From Pseudobdellovibrionaceae bacterium (GTDB lineage Bacteria; Bdellovibrionota; Bdellovibrionia; Bdellovibrionales; Bdellovibrionaceae): DNA of 28,532 bases. The notes beneath the pieces are model-generated. The model did not search any database and was not told the origin of the DNA. It saw nothing but the letters and a program-made list of their open reading frames with translations. The DNA is taken from contig JANNCH010000609.1 in assembly GCA_031386315.1 (NCBI GenBank), forward strand, positions 1 to 28,532, written 5' to 3'. Of the stretch, positions 8,107 through 16,248 are shown one piece after another. The first letter of the stretch is position 1. Each line of letters begins with the position of its first letter. A program made the position numbers and the translations under genes.

Positions 8107-8643
8107 ATGCTTCAGATGTCCTCAGCGCGGTCTCTATTGCTCAACGCAAGTTACGAGCCTATGCGTATCTTAAGTTGGCAGAAGGCCTTGATCTTGTGGT
8201 TTCAGGGTAAGGTCGAGGTTCTAGAGTACCATCCAGTGTTTGCCCGGTCCGTGAGGTCCAGCTTTCAGCTGCCAAGTGTGATGCGGCTGAAACATTACGT
8301 GAGGCCCCGAAACTTAGGCGCCGTCCGCTTCTGTCGAGAAAACGTTTATATCCGCGATAACTTCACCTGCCAATACTGCGCAACTCGCCTTCCTGCCCGC
8401 ATGCTAACTCTGGACCACGTCGTCCCTGCTTCACAAAGAGGCCTTAAAAATTGGACCAATGTTGTGTCAGCTTGCCGAGACTGCAATCAACGCAAAGCCA
8501 ATCGCACTCCAACAACTGCGAATATGCCTTTACTAACTGAACCGCGTGCACCGACTTGGTTGCCGACTTTGGATTTAGAAATCAAACAAGATCCCTTAGT
8601 GCCAGGAAATTGGAGTCAGTATCTTAGGTTCAAGGCAGGATGA
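8107..8643 (+). CDS. HNH endonuclease, McrA/COG1403-like with zinc finger
   Basis: LLLNASYEP, RD..TCQYC, LTLDHVVP and W.NVVSACRDCNQRK motifs. Start moved from 8053 to ATG 8107 (G-rich SD 8097-8102); 8116 is also possible. Confidence 0.9.
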   Translation: MLQMSSARSLLLNASYEPMRILSWQKALILWFQGKVEVLEYHPVFARSVRSSFQLPSVMRLKHYVRPRNLGAVRFCRENVYIRDNFTCQYCATRLPARMLTLDHVVPASQRGLKNWTNVVSACRDCNQRKANRTPTTANMPLLTEPRAPTWLPTLDLEIKQDPLVPGNWSQYLRFKAG

Positions 8644-9095
8644 GTCTTCAGCATCATATTTCTTTAATAACCACTGCTGAAACTTTATTGCTTCGACAAA
8701 AAGTTCTAAAACCCTTTCTTTTGCCAGAAGAATGCATCAATCCTGGTGATGATTTGGGCAGCACCTATCACCTTGGTCTTTACCACGCAGAAAAATTAAT
8801 CAGTGTAGCTACATTCGTCAGTGAATCATTCCCTCATTTCTACGCAGGACACCCCTATCGCTTGCGAGGAATGGCGACCGATGATTTGTACCGCGGGCAA
8901 GGCTTTGGTCAAATTTTACTTCGCTATGGAATAGAGTTTTTAAAAGACCGACGTTGCGATTTCATTTGGTGCAATGCACGTATTGGCGCATTTGCATTTT
9001 ATCAAAAATTAGCATTTCACACACATGGACCACTGTTCGAGTTAAAGGGCATTGGTCCCCATAAAGTGATGTACAAGTCTTTGATTCCCCGATAA
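8640..9095 (+). CDS. GNAT family N-acetyltransferase
   Basis: YRLRGMAT...RGQGFG acetyl-CoA loop and WCNAR..A..FYQKL.F. ATGA overlap with the HNH gene. Confidence 0.92.
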   Translation: MSLQHHISLITTAETLLLRQKVLKPFLLPEECINPGDDLGSTYHLGLYHAEKLISVATFVSESFPHFYAGHPYRLRGMATDDLYRGQGFGQILLRYGIEFLKDRRCDFIWCNARIGAFAFYQKLAFHTHGPLFELKGIGPHKVMYKSLIPR

Positions 9096-9175
9096 ATTTA
9101 GAGTACGTAAAAAAATGACTGCAGCCGAGCCGAACAACGAAGGATCCAGGCATTTTTTTACGTACTCTTTATCGG
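9089..9175. repeat. Long intergenic palindrome with an 18-bp perfect arm plus an outer 7-8 bp arm
   Basis: AGAGTACGTAAAAAAATG 9100-9117 / CATTTTTTTACGTACTCT 9151-9168, and outer CCGATAAA/TTTATCGG. Confidence 0.8.
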
Positions 9176-9187
9176 AGATACGACATT

Positions 9188-10813
9188 ATGGATCGCACGC
9201 ATCAGCAGCTCGTTCGCAGCATCACAACTATTATCAGCGAGACCAACGGGATTTCTCTGACTGAAACTCTGGACCTTTTGATTTCTTCTGAGCTTTCGCT
9301 AACAGATCATGAAGCCTTTGCTCAGCTCGAAGATTTTAGATCTTTGCTGGGTGATTTTTTAAATAATCAAATTTCAATCCATGCTCTTTTGCAACATCCT
9401 GTTTCACGCGCGCTTTTTGAGTTCTTTAAAAACTTTCCATTAAAATACAAAGAAGAGCACATTCATCTGACTGGTGCTCTTACGGCTGAATTCATTTATC
9501 CACGTCTGAAAAAACTTTTAGAAGGTCCCAATAAGGCCATCTATGAAGAAAAAATTCGCGAGGTCTATGGCGACAAGGCTTTGCCCATTCGCAGCGAAGC
9601 CGATGTTGACAAACTTATTCGCCTGCAAGAACACGAAGGCTTTGCCACTTATTTAAAAATTCTTTATCTTCCGAAACTCATTTTTGTTTCACGCGAAGCC
9701 CACGAAGCCGCTGCCTACCATATGGCTAAAGACCTTTATGAAAAATTCAACGTCGGCAAAGTACGGCTGAAGTTTTCGCTTTCACGATCGACCTCTAGTT
9801 CGAGCGAACAAATACCTGGCATAGATGATGTGACCCCAGAAGATGTGGTTTTAGGTTTGTATGACGGGTTTAAAAAATTTCAAAGCGAACATAAAGAATT
9901 TGACTTCATTCTTTCGCCGTCATTTCGTAAAGAAAGTAATTTCTTTGATTCTGAAAAATTTAGAACACGTAAAGAACATTTTATGGACCAGATCAACGAG
10001 ATCGTTAGAATGGTCGATAAATTTCCTTTCTTAGAACAGCATATGACCGACGTTGATACTGTTGGTGACGAGCGCGAGCTTTACCGCAAAGAGCACTTCA
10101 ACGAAATGCAAGAGGGCTTTCGCAAGTTGCAATATCGTGGCTTTAAAATTCGATCGCATCACGGCGAAACTTGGCACACTCTAAAAAAAGGCATTCAAGC
10201 TGTAGATAATGCCATGAATATTTGGCATATCGACACCCTTGAGCACGGAATCAGTTTGGGAATCAATCCCAATAAATATTTCCATTTACTCTATCAAAAA
10301 GTTTTGCGAAAAAACCATTCCGGACTTCCAATCACGGCAAAAGATCCGCTTTACCGCGAGCTCACAGAACTGGATTGGGGTCGCTCGAAACATATCCTTG
10401 ATAAATTGCTTAATGGTGAAAAGCTCACGGCAGTTGAGGAAATTCTTTTCGTAAAAGCAAAGTTTCACACCGCTCGTGAAGTCGAACATTACCAACATGA
10501 TGTTTTGAATCGTATGATTCAAAAAGGTGTGACATTGGTGACCCTACCCTCTTCAAACAATAAGCTCACAGGTAAATTTGAAGACTACAAAGACCATCCT
10601 TTTTCTTGGTGGGAAAAAAAGAATGTTCAGCTTGGTGTGGGGACAGATAATTACATCACATTGAATACAAACTTTATCAATGAGATGCTCATTTTACTTT
10701 TCACGGATGCTGATAATTTAAAAATTACTAAATTACTTATGGTTACCACGGGCGAAACCCGTCGCCCCTATATTAGTCACTTGCTCTGGAAAATGAGAAA
10801 GGTCCTAAAATGA
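9188..10813 (+). CDS. Adenosine/AMP deaminase-superfamily amidohydrolase, divergent
   Basis: KEEHIHLTG (HxH), DTVGDE, SHHGE, EHG, LPSSN and GTDN motifs in ADA order. Confidence 0.8.
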   Translation: MDRTHQQLVRSITTIISETNGISLTETLDLLISSELSLTDHEAFAQLEDFRSLLGDFLNNQISIHALLQHPVSRALFEFFKNFPLKYKEEHIHLTGALTAEFIYPRLKKLLEGPNKAIYEEKIREVYGDKALPIRSEADVDKLIRLQEHEGFATYLKILYLPKLIFVSREAHEAAAYHMAKDLYEKFNVGKVRLKFSLSRSTSSSSEQIPGIDDVTPEDVVLGLYDGFKKFQSEHKEFDFILSPSFRKESNFFDSEKFRTRKEHFMDQINEIVRMVDKFPFLEQHMTDVDTVGDERELYRKEHFNEMQEGFRKLQYRGFKIRSHHGETWHTLKKGIQAVDNAMNIWHIDTLEHGISLGINPNKYFHLLYQKVLRKNHSGLPITAKDPLYRELTELDWGRSKHILDKLLNGEKLTAVEEILFVKAKFHTAREVEHYQHDVLNRMIQKGVTLVTLPSSNNKLTGKFEDYKDHPFSWWEKKNVQLGVGTDNYITLNTNFINEMLILLFTDADNLKITKLLMVTTGETRRPYISHLLWKMRKVLK

Positions 10814-12171
10814 CATCGGCCTCTAGTCATTCGTCAAAGCCCACACGCATGGATGTGCTTCGCTCTATCATGAGGCCTAAAATTGCAGTGATGTTGTTAT
10901 TGGGATTTTCATCGGGCTTACCCTTTATGCTTGTCGGAAATACTTTAGGTTTTTGGCTTCGCGAAGGCGGGACAACGCTTGCGACCATTGGTTTTTTATC
11001 TTGGGTGGGACTTGCTTACTCGTTTAAATTTTTGTGGGCTCCGCTCATCGATAAAGTGCCGGCACCTATTTTGGGTAAACGCCTCGGTCAACGACGTGGG
11101 TGGATGTTGATTTCTCAAGTTTTGGTGATAGCGGCACTTTTGGGAATGGCCATTTTAAAACCCGAGGGCGGACTTGAGATCTTCACAGCCCTCGCGGCAT
11201 TAGCAGCCTTTGCATCAGCCACTCAAGATATCGTAGTGGATGCTTGGCGAATTGAAATTTCAGATAATAACGAAGACATGGCTTTGCTTTCTTCGGCCTA
11301 TCAGCTCGGATACCGAGCTTCTTTGCTTGTCACAGACGCGTTGATTCTAATATTAGCAGGCATCATCGGCTGGTCTTTTTCGTATATGACAATGGCCGCT
11401 TTGATGGGCTTAGGCTTAGCGGCAACAATGTTTGCGCATGAGCCAGCCAAAAATTCTATTACCGGCGAAACTGTCGATGGAAAACTAGAACCGTGGACTT
11501 TGCGCAAAATTGGCGATGCAATCATCGGACCTTTCTTTGCTTTTTTTAAAGATCACGGCAACCTAGCTTGGCTTATGCTTGCCTCGGTAAGCCTATACCG
11601 ACTTGCCGATTTTGTGATGGGCCCTATGGCCAACCCTTTCTATGCTGATTTAGGTTTAACCAAAGAAGTTGTCGGCAGCGTGCGCGGATCTGTTGGGCTT
11701 ATCTCATCCATTGCTGGTGTCGCCCTTGGAGGCCTCAGTGCGGTCCGCTTTGGGGCCGTGAATACACTTTTGATTGGGGCCGCAGTTGGGCCTGCCTCAA
11801 ACTTAGTTTTCTCGGCCTTGGCCGTCATGGGCCCTAGCAGCGAGACCTTTGCCGTTGCCATGGCCATTGATAATATCGCCACTGGCTTTGCAGGGGTTGC
11901 CTTGGTTGGATATATGTCGAGTCTAACAACTTTGGGGTACACAGCCACGCAGTATGCACTACTGAGTTCGTTCTATGCATTGCTTGGAAAATTTCTTAAA
12001 GGATTTTCTGGAACCGTAGTGGAGTCTCTGAACATTGGTCGTTCGCTAATGGAAGCCTATGCATTATTTTTCTTAGGTACAGCTTTGGTCGGACTGCCCG
12101 CTTTGATTCTTTGTATTTTTCTAGCGAAAAAAACAAAACAGAAGCTACGCACAACTGAAATCTCAAATTGA
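10810..12171 (+). CDS. ampG: AmpG-family MFS permease
   Basis: LLGFSSGLPF.L, KFLWAPL.D, R.GW....Q, SATQDI.VDAWRIE and YTATQYALLSS motifs. ATGA overlap with the deaminase gene. Confidence 0.88.
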   Translation: MTSASSHSSKPTRMDVLRSIMRPKIAVMLLLGFSSGLPFMLVGNTLGFWLREGGTTLATIGFLSWVGLAYSFKFLWAPLIDKVPAPILGKRLGQRRGWMLISQVLVIAALLGMAILKPEGGLEIFTALAALAAFASATQDIVVDAWRIEISDNNEDMALLSSAYQLGYRASLLVTDALILILAGIIGWSFSYMTMAALMGLGLAATMFAHEPAKNSITGETVDGKLEPWTLRKIGDAIIGPFFAFFKDHGNLAWLMLASVSLYRLADFVMGPMANPFYADLGLTKEVVGSVRGSVGLISSIAGVALGGLSAVRFGAVNTLLIGAAVGPASNLVFSALAVMGPSSETFAVAMAIDNIATGFAGVALVGYMSSLTTLGYTATQYALLSSFYALLGKFLKGFSGTVVESLNIGRSLMEAYALFFLGTALVGLPALILCIFLAKKTKQKLRTTEISN

Positions 12172-12206
12172 TTCACACAAGAAGAAAGAAGTTTTATTTT
12201 TCAAAT

Positions 12207-12219
12207 TCTCATTGTGAGT
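12207..12219. promoter_or_regulatory. Palindromic motif TCTCA-N3-TGAGT (copy 2)
   Basis: TCTCATTGTGAGT upstream of the pilin-like gene. Confidence 0.35.
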
Positions 12220-12235
12220 TGATTTTTTTAAAATT

Positions 12236-12263
12236 TAAAGCTTTTAATCAAACTAGCCGAAAG
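12236..12263 (+). promoter_or_regulatory. Putative sigma28 (FliA)-type promoter, apparently leaderless
   Basis: TAAAG-N15-GCCGAAAG, then 7 nt to the GTG start; no Shine-Dalgarno. Confidence 0.55.
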
Positions 12264-12270
12264 TATAGAT

Positions 12271-13014
12271 GTGAAATATATAGACAACAAAAATGGATTC
12301 TCATTAGTTGAAGTTATGGTCGCAATAGCCATCATGAGTATCATTTCTTATATGATATCTGCCATGCTGGTAAACTCAGCAAAAAGTGAGGCGACAACCA
12401 AGGCGCGCATTGAGGCCCAAGAACTTGCGAAAGAAGTGAATGAAATCATGAAAGAGACTGGCTGCGGTTTGCCTGATGTGACAAAGCCAACTGGGATCAA
12501 AGTAACAGATACAAACTGGGTAGCAACTAAAACCTATGATTTACCACTTGGCTTAAGTTCGTTATACCTCAATTTAAAAGATGGTGATAGGTATGGAAAT
12601 ATCAAAATAAATTCAATAAAATTAACCGGCTATCGCAATAAAAAAGATAAAATAATCCAGTACTTTGCTCTGCCCGCACCCTTTTCTTCTACAACAATGG
12701 TGAAAGCGGCAGTTGCTGTAGAAATCGAAGCACCAGCAACAAGCCTTGCTACTATATACATTCCGGTCACTTTAGATATCAACGTAGCAACGCAAGTTAT
12801 AAATGGCTGCTCTAAAGAACTTGAAGACGACAAGACGGCAGATATGTGCAAATCATTTAGCGGAACGTATAACGAATTGACTCAAAAGTGCGATTTGCCT
12901 TGTCCAGACGGCCAGGTTGAAAATGATGACAACGAATGCATACAACCACCTGGCAATGGGTATATGTGCAAATATAATGACCCTTGTAATGTAAGTCCAA
13001 GATTTAAGTTTTAA
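12271..13014 (+). CDS. Prepilin-type N-terminal cleavage/methylation protein with Cys-rich C-terminus
   Basis: NKNG|FSLVEVMVAIAIMSIIS class III signal with Glu at +5; 8 Cys, 6 of them in the last ~55 aa. Confidence 0.88.
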   Translation: MKYIDNKNGFSLVEVMVAIAIMSIISYMISAMLVNSAKSEATTKARIEAQELAKEVNEIMKETGCGLPDVTKPTGIKVTDTNWVATKTYDLPLGLSSLYLNLKDGDRYGNIKINSIKLTGYRNKKDKIIQYFALPAPFSSTTMVKAAVAVEIEAPATSLATIYIPVTLDINVATQVINGCSKELEDDKTADMCKSFSGTYNELTQKCDLPCPDGQVENDDNECIQPPGNGYMCKYNDPCNVSPRFKF

Positions 13015-13040
13015 TTGCTTTTATACTAAGGAGCGGGCAC

Positions 13041-14588
13041 ATGAAATTTCAAACAGGCTTATTTTTAGGTTTAACTTTGATGTTTATCAACATTAGTTAT
13101 GCACAAACGCTTGAGCAAGACGCCATACCGACCTATTGCCATAGATCGGCGGATAGCTCGCCAACTGAAAACCCCTGCCGCAATTATTCTAAGGGCTCCT
13201 ATCTTAATAAATCCAAACAATTTTTAAAACTAAAAATGGATTCAAATGCATTTGAGGGTGACGAAAAAAAAGTAAATAAATGGATAAAAAACCGCGAAGT
13301 AGATAACATATGTTTCTGGCAATCGGGACAGTGGCATCAAGGCACACTTAGATACATTTACAGTGGTAGCAAAGCTTCATTTGATTCAAGCGCAGGCGCC
13401 CATACTGTAGATGCTACTAGCAAACACCTTTGTAATGTCGGCATGACCACACACACAAGTGATGCTCCAGACCGAGTAGGGCCTAGAGTATCTTCAAATC
13501 AAGTTACTATGGGCTTATACAAATCCAATGGTGAAGATACTCAAAAAAGATTTTATTCATACGCTGGCGCAAAACCGTCGGTGAAGCCTTTTCACGTACC
13601 TTTGAATTGTCGTCGTACAGATCCAAATAGAAAAACAGATGGTGATGATAACTATTTAGAGTGCAATGCTGACAATCCGAACTCAGAAAAATTTTGCCAC
13701 CTTAGATACTTTGCTGGTGTTAACGGAAAACCGACAAGCAAAAACTTTCCATATGTAGGTTGGTGGTGGGTACGTGGCCGAACGACTGGCGCCCATGTTA
13801 ATAAAAACACTGAAGTATGTAATTTAGGTATCACCCAAGAGCCTGCACAAGATATAGCAGACAATGATGAAAAAATTGTTACACTTAAAAACACCTTCAA
13901 AGTAACCAATGTTGCCTTCACGAATGTTTTTGCCGTTGGACTTTATTCGAATGGAGACTTCACGAGTGTAGTTATTAACGACACCCTCACCCAACCAGCC
14001 ACAGGTACAAACGTTGGTTTTAGATATTCAAAAGTTACCAAGTGTTATACTAACAATCCCGATGCTTCAAAAAAGACATGGTATACGTGCAAAAATAGCG
14101 CAAAACAGCAGGGGCTAAATAAGCTTTTACTTACACCAGATCCAGTTGATGCAACAAAATCAAATGCAACAGATGCAAACGACTACACTGTCGCAGACCA
14201 TGAAGAAGCAACAGCGGACTGTATTATTCGTGCTCCTATAGAAACTGGTATGAATATTTCGGAATTATTCTTTAGCCTTTTAAACAGACGCTACAGCACC
14301 GTGCGCTCTGGTACGAACTACATTGATGGCATTTACTCAACTGTCGACTCAAAAGGCAGACCTGTATTAAATAATGCTGGTTCAGGTGTAAAAGAAAGTC
14401 ATTCTGCTACATATTCATCGAATTTTTCACTGGATACTTATGGGCCCTTTGCACGACCAAATACGGGTGCGGTTGCAATAGTTTTAGCGGATTATAATAA
14501 AAACGGTACTCCAGTAAAAGTTGAGACCTGTGATCAGGTTGAGTATCAGACAACCAGAAAATTTATACCGTCTGCGACGACACCTTAA
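13041..14588 (+). CDS. Secreted Cys-containing hypothetical protein (515 aa)
   Basis: SD AAGGAG, signal peptide MKFQTGLFLGLTLMFINISYA, 12 Cys, rich in Thr/Asn/Gly. Confidence 0.85.
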   Translation: MKFQTGLFLGLTLMFINISYAQTLEQDAIPTYCHRSADSSPTENPCRNYSKGSYLNKSKQFLKLKMDSNAFEGDEKKVNKWIKNREVDNICFWQSGQWHQGTLRYIYSGSKASFDSSAGAHTVDATSKHLCNVGMTTHTSDAPDRVGPRVSSNQVTMGLYKSNGEDTQKRFYSYAGAKPSVKPFHVPLNCRRTDPNRKTDGDDNYLECNADNPNSEKFCHLRYFAGVNGKPTSKNFPYVGWWWVRGRTTGAHVNKNTEVCNLGITQEPAQDIADNDEKIVTLKNTFKVTNVAFTNVFAVGLYSNGDFTSVVINDTLTQPATGTNVGFRYSKVTKCYTNNPDASKKTWYTCKNSAKQQGLNKLLLTPDPVDATKSNATDANDYTVADHEEATADCIIRAPIETGMNISELFFSLLNRRYSTVRSGTNYIDGIYSTVDSKGRPVLNNAGSGVKESHSATYSSNFSLDTYGPFARPNTGAVAIVLADYNKNGTPVKVETCDQVEYQTTRKFIPSATTP

Positions 14589-14640
14589 TTAGTTCGTAAG
14601 TTTAATTCGAAAATTGCAAAATACATATCTTTGCTCATAG

Positions 14641-14672
14641 ACTCCGGCGATGCACTCATCAGCCGGAGTTTT
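14641..14672 (+). terminator. Rho-independent terminator
   Basis: ACTCCGGC-GATG-CACT-CATC-A-GCCGGAGT followed by TTT. Confidence 0.75.
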
Positions 14673-14958
14673 ACGTTAAGACTTCACATATCACTCACAA
14701 AAATATTTTTATCAGGTGAATTTAGTCACCTATGTCTAGCGATACTACACTGCGACTTACTTTTTTTGTCACTTGTAATGAGTAATTTCAAAAAATCATG
14801 CTAGCATTTTTTTATCTAGTACCCTCTCACGAATCGCGGTACTTGATGTTTGTTAATGAATTTATAGTTAAAAATTAGCTATTGAAAATAGTGCAATTAC
14901 TTTAAGAATCGAGCGAATTTCATCATCAATTGAATGAACTTTTGCACTCTGATTTTTT

Positions 14959-14974
14959 TGGCACTATTCTCGCT
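14959..14974 (+). promoter_or_regulatory. sigma54 (-24/-12) promoter
   Basis: TGGCAC-TATTC-TCGCT with the exact 12-nt GG-to-GC offset (14960/14972). Confidence 0.65.
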
Positions 14975-15003
14975 AAGAACTTTTTACTCACAGTTTTAAA
15001 AAA

Positions 15004-16239
15004 GTGATGATAAGGGGATCTTTGGTGATTGTGCGCAAACTTTTGACATTATGTCTTTTGTTAACTGCTACGAGCGGTTATGCGCTGACGTCGACTACGA
15101 CCTTACCAAAATCTGTGAACGGCCCTTCATTTCGATATGGCATGGTCGACGGGATTGATCAGCGCTATACGCAAGATGGCACCTTGATGACATTGGGTGA
15201 TTATAAGTCTGTCGTTTTCGACGCAACGGCCCTGACTAAATTTAATCAGCGTGCCAAGGATCTAATCAACGCATTAAATGCTTTTGGCAATCAAAGACTA
15301 GGTGATAAATTTAACATGGGTGTTCTTAAAATCGACACCAAGCCCGAGGTTAAATATTTCGCGCCGGTTTACGCGCGCGGGGTGACTGAACGTTGGACAC
15401 TGGGGTTTGGACTTCCGATCGTTAACTATTCAAATAAAATTTCAATGTCCCAGCAGCATTCTAATATTGATTTCTATCGCCAGCAGTTTTCTGGCCTTAG
15501 TGCCGAACTTGATCAAGCGCTCAATACAAATTTGCAGCAGGCAGCCAATGACGTTCTCACCGGGCGCGGATACAAAGCCATTGAAAATCGCAAAGAGTCC
15601 TTTGTTGGCGATGCACAACTTGTCAGTCTTTTCCGCTTCTTTGACAACGATACCTATTCTTGGGCATATCAAACAGATTTTAATTTACCAACAGGACCTC
15701 AGTTTAATTCAGATGACTTGACCGCATTGAATGTTTTTGGCCGAACGAATTTCAATAACAAATTAATTTTCTCGGCACGTGCAAATCCTTGGCTAACAAT
15801 CACTCCATACGCTGGTTATTTACTGAACGTTCCGGATCAGGTAACTAAGCGAGTACCTACTGCAGAAGATGACACACTTCCGGATGCTTCAACAAAAACA
15901 GATGTGCAAAGAACAATCGGCAATACGGCTTCTATTGGCGGCAACTTATTTGCGGATCTGAGCGATCAGTTTTCATTCGGCACCGGCTACGAATACTCGA
16001 TGAAAGAACGCGATCAGTATTCAGGACCGGGCAATAAACGCTATGACCTTCTGTCCGCAGATACTCAGGCGCGTATTCACAAGGTTCGTGGGCAAATTTC
16101 TTATAGCACAGTTAAATCATATTTGAAAAAATCCTCTGCCATCCCTTTGATCGTGTCACTAGAAGTGACTGACACAATTGCGGGTATGAATGCGGAAAGA
16201 CAGCTCATCCAAGAGATGAGCCTGATGCTTTTCTTTTAA
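15004..16239 (+). CDS. Exported hypothetical protein, probably an outer-membrane beta-barrel
   Basis: Signal peptide, alternating amphipathic strands in the C-terminal half and terminal Phe (SLMLFF). The true start may be 15022/15025 (SD AGGGGA). Confidence 0.75.
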   Translation: MMIRGSLVIVRKLLTLCLLLTATSGYALTSTTTLPKSVNGPSFRYGMVDGIDQRYTQDGTLMTLGDYKSVVFDATALTKFNQRAKDLINALNAFGNQRLGDKFNMGVLKIDTKPEVKYFAPVYARGVTERWTLGFGLPIVNYSNKISMSQQHSNIDFYRQQFSGLSAELDQALNTNLQQAANDVLTGRGYKAIENRKESFVGDAQLVSLFRFFDNDTYSWAYQTDFNLPTGPQFNSDDLTALNVFGRTNFNNKLIFSARANPWLTITPYAGYLLNVPDQVTKRVPTAEDDTLPDASTKTDVQRTIGNTASIGGNLFADLSDQFSFGTGYEYSMKERDQYSGPGNKRYDLLSADTQARIHKVRGQISYSTVKSYLKKSSAIPLIVSLEVTDTIAGMNAERQLIQEMSLMLFF

Positions 16240-16248
16240 AGGAAACAA

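Noticed and set aside
7894-8643. IscB/HEARO or other OMEGA system
   Set aside because: The protein is only ~180 aa with no PLMP or RuvC motifs, and no transposon ends or tnpA are present.
8640-9095. GNAT as a type II toxin (AtaT/TacT-like)
   Set aside because: There is no upstream ribbon-helix-helix antitoxin, and the motifs fit ordinary small-molecule GNATs.
9188-10813. RADAR defence deaminase RdrB
   Set aside because: No RdrA AAA+ ATPase is adjacent, and the context is metabolic.
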